Shown: in pieces, positions 59,080 to 64,000 of the stretch
How the letters are laid out: each line of letters begins with the position of its first letter
Position numbering within the stretch: the first letter of the stretch is position 1
DNA from: Deferribacteres bacterium
GTDB taxonomy: Bacteria; Zhuqueibacterota; Zhuqueibacteria; Zhuqueibacterales; Geothermadaptataceae
Assembly (NCBI GenBank): GCA_020633655.1
Contig: JACKDF010000003.1
Span: 405,989 to 469,988 of the forward strand
Length of the DNA: 64,000 nt
Reading direction: 5' to 3'
Translations under genes and position numbers: made by a program
The notes under the pieces: generated by a model
What the model was told of the DNA's origin: nothing
The model's input: the letters and a program-made list of their open reading frames with translations, nothing else
Databases searched by the model: none

Positions 59080-59619
59080 ATGGCAGATTGGGTTCCACTG
59101 TTTCAGACACTCGTTTGGCCAGTTTTCATAATTTTGGCTTTTCTTATTTTTCGAAAACCTGCCAAAAAACTCATTCATGTTATTACTGAGAGAATTCACA
59201 AAGGAGCGGATTTCAGTATTGGCCCCCAGGGTGTAACAGTCGGTTCCGCGCCAAAACTTGAACAGCCAAAGGAAAATCTTGCAAAAAAAGAAGTTAACGA
59301 GTTGAATTATGAAGAGCTGCAAGAAATTTTTTATATTTCACACACAGCTCAATTTGCAAGGATTTTAGACGATGGGAAGGAAGATTATTCCGTTACAGTT
59401 TGGATCGATTCTGGATATGATTATTTGTTTGAACGCATTACAAAAGTGGTTTATCATCTGCACTCATCCTATTATCCCCGTGATCGGCGTGAGTCTGTTT
59501 CCAGAATGCAAAATTTTGAACTAAAATTTTATGCCTGGGGTCAATTTAACTTAAACGCAGAAGTATTTCTTAAGGACCGTGAAAATCCGATTATTCTTTG
59601 GCGTTACATTAATTTTTAG
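59080..59619 (+). CDS. Membrane-anchored protein with C-terminal YEATS-like (pYEATS-type) beta-sandwich domain
   Basis: N-terminal TM LFQTLVWPVFIILAFLIF. The C-terminal ~85 aa (YSVTVWIDSG..ITKVVYHLHSSYYPRDR...FELKFYAWGQFNLNAEVFLKD) follow the YEATS signature (W.v.v, kV.y.LH.sf, F....gWG.F.i...i.f). AAGGA 9 nt upstream of the ATG. Confidence 0.5.
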   Translation: MADWVPLFQTLVWPVFIILAFLIFRKPAKKLIHVITERIHKGADFSIGPQGVTVGSAPKLEQPKENLAKKEVNELNYEELQEIFYISHTAQFARILDDGKEDYSVTVWIDSGYDYLFERITKVVYHLHSSYYPRDRRESVSRMQNFELKFYAWGQFNLNAEVFLKDRENPIILWRYINF

Positions 59620-59759
59620 GGCGAAGAACTCGGTAAATTTTAATAGTTTACTCACCGGGTAAATCTTTTACTTAGCTTTGCCTACATTTAAAATTATATC
59701 CAAAATATCGATAGTAAAAAGTGAGGTAACCCAACGGTTCAACCTCAAACATAAGACGA

Positions 59760-60503
59760 ATGATTCACATTGAAGTCTGCATAAATTGCGATAGTCACCA
59801 GACTGTAACAGATGCCGTTACCGCTGCATTTGCAGGCGGTGCATCGAGAATCGAACTCTGCGGGGCGATGCAATTCGATGGGCTGACGCCTAAACCACAA
59901 CAAATCACCGAAGCGAGAAAAGCCTTTCGCAACCAGCCTGGCCTTATGGTGATGATTCGACCACGAAAAGGTAATTTTTATTTCTCGAAGCAGGAAATTT
60001 CGCTCATGAAGCAGCACATCACCACAGCTGCTGAGCTTGGTGCAAATGGCGTTGTGCTTGGTGTGTTGCAGAAGAAAAACAATTGTGTAGCCCGGGATGC
60101 ACTGCTCGAACTCATGGATTTATGCCAGAAATATTCCCTTCACACCACTTTTCATCGCGCGTTCGATGCCACGCCAGATCCCCTGGAAGCCCTGGATTCT
60201 CTATTAGATGCCGGTGTAAAACGTGTATTGACAAGCGGCACTAAATGGAGCGCCCGTTTACCTTCTACAAAGGGAATTGCAAATCTGAGATGCTACATCG
60301 AAACGGCACAAAACAGAATAGAAATTATTGTTGGTGGTGGGGTAACAGCGCAAAATATGGGGCACATTTTAACAGAGTTGCCAATCCGGAACCGCCTGAT
60401 CTCAGTACATGCCTACAGCGGTGCACAACAAAATGGCATAGTTACACGTGCTGCTATAAAAAATTTGGTGGATGCTGCACTCCCTTTCAAAGATTCAAGC
60501 TAA
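59760..60503 (+). CDS. cutC: Copper homeostasis protein CutC family
   Basis: IEVCI...A..GGASRIELCGAMQFDGLTP and FHRAFD blocks; 247 aa. Confidence 0.9.
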   Translation: MIHIEVCINCDSHQTVTDAVTAAFAGGASRIELCGAMQFDGLTPKPQQITEARKAFRNQPGLMVMIRPRKGNFYFSKQEISLMKQHITTAAELGANGVVLGVLQKKNNCVARDALLELMDLCQKYSLHTTFHRAFDATPDPLEALDSLLDAGVKRVLTSGTKWSARLPSTKGIANLRCYIETAQNRIEIIVGGGVTAQNMGHILTELPIRNRLISVHAYSGAQQNGIVTRAAIKNLVDAALPFKDSS

Positions 60504-60766
60504 TTCTCCCTGCTTGCGTTTTACCTCTATCAATAGGGATAAATTTCTCAGCGTAATGAAAATGTTGAATTTTTGCACCACAATACCAAGAACCCTATAG
60601 AACACCCATTCATCTTTCTAAAACTTTCTCCGTTGAGCCACTATAAATTGGAATATTTCCATTGCCTATTCCTGTTGGAACAGTTCTACTACATCAACGC
60701 TGTAGAACAAATCGGCAAACCAAGTTAAAATGATAGACAGAATTCATGATAAATAAGGAGTTTAAA

Positions 60767-61153
60767 ATGGGCTATTATTTCACCAAAACCATCACCAGTT
60801 CCTTTGAGGAAGCGCTCGAAAAAGTCACGGCTGCCCTTACACGAGAAGGTTTTGGCGTATTAACGGAAATCAACGTCAATGCGACTTTAAAGAAAAAACT
60901 TGATGTGGATTTTTACCGCTACCAGATATTGGGTGCCTGTCATCCGTCATCCGCTTACAAAGCGCTGCAGGTTGAAGACAAAATTGGCACGATGCTGCCT
61001 TGCAATGTCATCCTGCAGGAAAAAGCAACCGGCACGGTTGAAGTGTCGGCCGTTGATCCCCTCAGTTCGATGATGGCCGTTCAGAACGACAAACTCAATG
61101 AGGTTGCGCGAGATATACAAGAAAAACTAAAGAAAGTAATCGATTCCCTTTGA
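60767..61153 (+). CDS. DUF302 domain protein
   Basis: 128 aa; EGFGVLTEINV, YQILGACHPSSAYKAL, GTMLPCNVILQE. Start at MGYYF preceded by GGAGTTTAAA. Confidence 0.8.
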   Translation: MGYYFTKTITSSFEEALEKVTAALTREGFGVLTEINVNATLKKKLDVDFYRYQILGACHPSSAYKALQVEDKIGTMLPCNVILQEKATGTVEVSAVDPLSSMMAVQNDKLNEVARDIQEKLKKVIDSL

Positions 61154-61155
61154 AT

Positions 61156-61198
61156 AAAAAAGATCGCTCAGGAGACATACCTGTGCGATCTTTTTTTT
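61156..61198. terminator. Bidirectional intrinsic terminator between convergent genes
   Basis: AAAAAAGATCGC-T-CAGG (7-nt loop) CCTG-T-GCGATCTTTTTTTT. The stem is flanked by an A6 run and a T8 run, so it can serve both strands. Confidence 0.75.
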
Positions 61199-61250
61199 GC
61201 ATCAATTTTCAAAAAATCCCCCCTGTACTACGCCAATGCCGGCAAGACGT

Positions 61251-62285
61251 TTATTTCACAATCGGTGTCAGCACGATATTGCGATACGACACATCCCCAT
61301 GGTCACCCTGAAAATAGATCGGGCCAGGTGAAAATTCATCGGCTGTAAGAGCCCCACCCGTGACACCGAGCAATGGTTGATTGTCGATGATGGTTTTGCC
61401 GTTGAGCACAATGGTAATGTGCCGGTCGCACAGGGTGATATCAAAATCCTGCCACTCCCCTGCCGGCTTTTCCGCATTCACCGTTGGCGTGATGCGACTA
61501 TAAATTGCACCCATGTTGTGTGAATCCAAGTCCTTACCAAAACTATCGTAAACCTGCACTTCATAAATTCCACGCAAGTAAATCCCGCTGTTGCTGCCTT
61601 TGGGCACATTGACTTGCAGTTTCAGATTGAAATCTTCAAATTTATCGACCGTGCACAAATTGCCGTAATGAATGCGCGGCTGTCCTTCTTTTTGCGGCAC
61701 ATGGTTTACCAGCGCCCCGTTTTCCACATGGAAACCATTGGTATCGCTGCTATCTGTTAACGTCCAGCCGGTGAGGTCTTTCCCATTGAAAAGTGGGACT
61801 GGTTCGCCATATTTCACTTTGGCGAGATTCGGCGCTGGTGAAAGGTCTGCGATTTTCTTGCCGGTAAATTCATTCAACTCCACCCCTATTCCATCCCTGT
61901 TGGGAGAAATGTATCTTCCAAACAACGTCCCGTTTTGCAGATTCAGTTTCAACCAGGATGTCACCGTCTGTGTCCGAATCGCATTGCCAACGGCATCCTT
62001 TTTCCGAACAACCTGACGGTTGCGAAAAACAAGCAGCGAATTATCGTAAAACACGACATTGTCCACAGGAACAACACTGCCACCATACCATAAAATATCT
62101 GCGTCGAGATAGCCGTCTTCCTGGCGGATATCCAGCCACCCCGCACCGCCATCAAGAAACAATGCCCAGCGACCGGTGAATTGTTCGAACGCGGTGTTCT
62201 CTTCCATTGTTGACTTCTGCGCGCAGGCAGTTAATGAGAGAAAAAACAGACCTGATAAAAGCAAAGTCGCAGTTTTTTTAAACAT
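61251..62285 (-). CDS. Secreted DUF1080 (3-keto-disaccharide hydrolase-like, concanavalin-like fold) protein
   Basis: Lipoprotein-like signal (LSLTAC). SGIYLRGIYEVQVYDS, GAIYSRITP, GEWQDFDITL, NGKTIIDNQ, GPIYFQGDHGDVSYRNIVL. Strong SD GGAGGAAGGAATTC-ATG. Confidence 0.85.
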   Translation of the reverse strand: MFKKTATLLLSGLFFLSLTACAQKSTMEENTAFEQFTGRWALFLDGGAGWLDIRQEDGYLDADILWYGGSVVPVDNVVFYDNSLLVFRNRQVVRKKDAVGNAIRTQTVTSWLKLNLQNGTLFGRYISPNRDGIGVELNEFTGKKIADLSPAPNLAKVKYGEPVPLFNGKDLTGWTLTDSSDTNGFHVENGALVNHVPQKEGQPRIHYGNLCTVDKFEDFNLKLQVNVPKGSNSGIYLRGIYEVQVYDSFGKDLDSHNMGAIYSRITPTVNAEKPAGEWQDFDITLCDRHITIVLNGKTIIDNQPLLGVTGGALTADEFSPGPIYFQGDHGDVSYRNIVLTPIVK

Positions 62286-62325
62286 GAATTCCTTCCTCCA
62301 AATGATTTTGTTTAAGATTAAGTAA

Positions 62326-62372
62326 GTAGTTCAAGCTTCAGCTTGAAACCCTCAGCCTGAAGGCTGAACTAC
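62326..62372. repeat. Twin tetraloop hairpins enclosed by an 8-bp helix (REP-like element)
   Basis: GTAGTTCA (62326-62333) pairs with TGAACTAC (62365-62372). Inside are TTCAAGC-TTCA-GCTTGAA and TCAGCC-TGAA-GGCTGA; the two halves are 17/22 identical in inverted orientation. A further GC hairpin CCGGCC-ACAAG-GGCCGG lies at 62470-62486. Confidence 0.6.
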
Positions 62373-62511
62373 AAACGCAAAAACTTCCAAATTAGATAAA
62401 TTGATTATTACAAAAAAGGTTTTGGCACCTGTGGCAGACCCGCCCATTGGGCAATTTCATTATTGAATTCCGGCCACAAGGGCCGGGGCTACACGTTTAC
62501 GTTTACAATTC

Positions 62512-62539
62512 TTCCCATCCTTGAAAAAGGAGGGGACAG
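62512..62539. repeat. Left arm of perfect 28-bp inverted repeat flanking the DUF559 gene
   Basis: TTCCCATCCTTGAAAAAGGAGGGGACAG is the exact reverse complement of 63082-63109. Similarity extends outward (CAATTC / GAATTG) with a 3-nt indel. Confidence 0.9.
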
Positions 62540-62558
62540 GATTAAATTCGTCCAGAAT

Positions 62559-62966
62559 TTAATCGAGGGGTGGTCGAGTCCTGTCATCTAAATTTAACTC
62601 GTTCGAAAAGTGTCTCCTAATCTCATCGAGAATTCCCTGCAAATTTTCAAACACAAATTTATTCTCAAAGCGAACAACTTTTATATGCAGCGAATCCAAA
62701 AACGCAGTTCGTTTCTCATCATATTCACGGCGATTTGGGGCTAAATGGGGTTCACCATCCAATTCAACAGCCAGCTTTTCTGCAGGACAATAAAAATCGA
62801 GAATATAATGCCCAACGCTATGTTGTCTGCGAAATTTACGTCCAGCCAGTTGTCTTTTTTGCAGAGCTTTCCACAATACAGCTTCCGCAGGTGTTGGGTT
62901 ATTGCGCAAGTCTTTTCGTTGTTTTTTGAGGTTTTTTAGGTTGTGAATTTGATTGTGGAGTTGCAT
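62559..62966 (-). CDS. DUF559 (Vsr-like / PD-(D/E)xK endonuclease-fold) domain protein
   Basis: LRNNPTPAEAVLWKALQKRQLAGRKFRRQHSVGHYILDFYCPAEKLAVELDGEPH....R..YD..R..FL...HIKVVRFEN is the canonical DUF559 pattern. Confidence 0.85.
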   Translation of the reverse strand: MQLHNQIHNLKNLKKQRKDLRNNPTPAEAVLWKALQKRQLAGRKFRRQHSVGHYILDFYCPAEKLAVELDGEPHLAPNRREYDEKRTAFLDSLHIKVVRFENKFVFENLQGILDEIRRHFSNELNLDDRTRPPLD

Positions 62967-63081
62967 TTGAATTTGCTTTAAAATCTGTATTTAAAAATCT
63001 ATAAAATAGTATTAATTGGAACATATAATGTGTATTCAACCACCCCTGATCGCGAAAAATCGCTTTGCGTTTTTCGCTGAT

Positions 63082-63109
63082 CTGTCCCCTCCTTTTTCAA
63101 GGATGGGAA
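63082..63109. repeat. Right arm of perfect 28-bp inverted repeat flanking the DUF559 gene
   Basis: CTGTCCCCTCCTTTTTCAAGGATGGGAA; ends 12 nt before the stop codon of the AI-2E permease gene. Confidence 0.9.
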
Positions 63110-63121
63110 TTGCCGGTTTTC

Positions 63122-64000
63122 CTATTCATTAATTGTGGTTGTCTTTTCTGTTTGCACAATGCCTTGCGCCATGTCTAATTGCTCTTTGAACTCAATTTTA
63201 TAGATATCCATAATTGTCATAAACAATACAGTGATTATGGGACCGATGATAAAACCCATGACACCAAAGACATAAATACCGCCAATTGAGGAGAAAAAGA
63301 TCAGCAGATCATGCATACCGGTATCACGACCGACGAGTTTGGGGCGCATAAAATTATCGACGTTGCTGATGATGACTGCGGTGAAAATGATGATCACCAG
63401 GCCTTGCCAATAGTGGCCAAGCACCAGTTCGTAAATCGCTGCCGGGTAGAGCACCAACCAGCCACCAACCATGGGAATCACCGACAGAATAAACATAACC
63501 ACACCGAAAACCACGGGCGATTTGAAGCCGAAAATCCACAGGAGCAATGCACCGAGTCCACCCTGTGTCAGACCGATGAGCATTGTGCCTTTCACCGTGG
63601 CACGGGAAATGGAATTGAACTGGGCGATGAGACGGTCTTCGTGTTCATCTTTCAAGGGACTCAGATATTTTAAATAATTGATCAGCCGTTCGCCATCCTT
63701 GAAGAAATAATACAGCGTAAAAAACATAATGAGAAAGTTCATCAAAAACTGGAATGTGCCCTGCCAGGTTTTATTGGCTGCAGCAACGAGAAAATTTCCA
63801 ATACCGGTGAGAGCCGTTTTAATAGTGGTTACCAGATCGAACTCTTCCAGATTGATGCCGTATTTCACACGCGTCGAATCGACGATTTTTCCCCAGGTGC
63901 CGGAATCCACTTTGTCGCGAAATTCAACAATCGTTTTTTCATGGGTTTGGTACAAATGAATGGCCTCGACGCGCACCACATCAATGACGAAATAAAACGG
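63122..64000 (-). CDS. AI-2E family transporter (PerM/UPF0118), N-terminus beyond window edge
   Basis: The frame stays open past the track GTG (63979) to the window end. SVIPMVGGWLVLYPAAIY, NFMRPKLVG, FFSSIGGIYVFGVMGFIIGPII are typical AI-2E blocks. Confidence 0.85.
   Translation of the reverse strand, partial: PFYFVIDVVRVEAIHLYQTHEKTIVEFRDKVDSGTWGKIVDSTRVKYGINLEEFDLVTTIKTALTGIGNFLVAAANKTWQGTFQFLMNFLIMFFTLYYFFKDGERLINYLKYLSPLKDEHEDRLIAQFNSISRATVKGTMLIGLTQGGLGALLLWIFGFKSPVVFGVVMFILSVIPMVGGWLVLYPAAIYELVLGHYWQGLVIIIFTAVIISNVDNFMRPKLVGRDTGMHDLLIFFSSIGGIYVFGVMGFIIGPIITVLFMTIMDIYKIEFKEQLDMAQGIVQTEKTTTINE

Noticed and set aside
62326-62372. Three-helix layout of the twin hairpins as a possible hammerhead or other small self-cleaving ribozyme.
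   Set aside because: The hammerhead core (CUGAnGA ... GAAA) is absent from the junction. The junction strands are only 0-5 nt, and the two hairpins are inverted copies of one unit. That fits a REP-like repeat better.
62492-62505. Tandem ACGTTT-ACGTTT next to the left inverted repeat as a possible target-site duplication.
   Set aside because: No matching copy exists at the right end of the cassette (63110-63125). A 6-nt tandem repeat is not significant.
1-64000. Searched by eye for CRISPR arrays, rRNA/tRNA genes, transposases, integrases, phage genes, reverse transcriptases (DGR/retron) and toxin-antitoxin pairs.
   Set aside because: I saw no regularly spaced direct repeats. No ORF carries DDE, tyrosine/serine recombinase, RT (YxDD) or typical TA motifs. 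The only mobile-looking unit is the DUF559 cassette reported above.

Overview
AT-rich, densely coding 64-kb chromosomal window with 45 protein genes called (28 minus strand, 17 plus strand). I found no rRNA, tRNA, CRISPR array, transposase or integrase. The gene content looks like the FCB superphylum: four proteins end in type-A T9SS C-terminal sorting domains, and there is a PorV/PorQ-type barrel and a Bacteroidota-style hybrid two-component regulator. Many genes nevertheless have clear GGAGG-type Shine-Dalgarno sites, so a non-Bacteroidota FCB lineage (Ignavibacteriota, Calditrichota or KSB1-like) is my guess only. Housekeeping blocks are efp-accB-accC-gcvH, comM, cutC, the prkA-yeaH-spoVR triad and an NfeD/SPFH pair. 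Candidates worth a second look: (1) A tightly packed minus-strand cluster (5616-17830). It encodes a T9SS-targeted FG-GAP protein whose M6 (InhA-like) peptidase domain has lost the HExxH zinc site. It also encodes a 1004-aa protein fusing an intact gluzincin peptidase, a TolB-like propeller and an Omp85-type barrel, with a second paralog at 1-2490. The rest of the cluster is two tandem PG.GQ-motif membrane paralogs, a TonB-C-like protein, a sugar-nucleotide-reductase-like SDR and a PurM-fold protein. (2) A candidate ~205-nt structured ncRNA on the minus strand (55767-55971), with a near-consensus sigma-70 promoter, a long closing helix, a C(UUCG)G-capped hairpin and a U7 3' end. (3) A DUF559 endonuclease-like gene bounded by a perfect 28-bp inverted repeat (62512-63109). 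(4) A membrane-anchored YEATS-like protein next to a P-loop kinase (58421-59619). (5) A translationally coupled OYE / DUF3311 / Na-solute symporter / GH88-like / SDR operon (47562-52802). (6) Several long palindromic intergenic elements and unusually long untranslated tracts. All family assignments come from motif recognition by eye; no database search was run.
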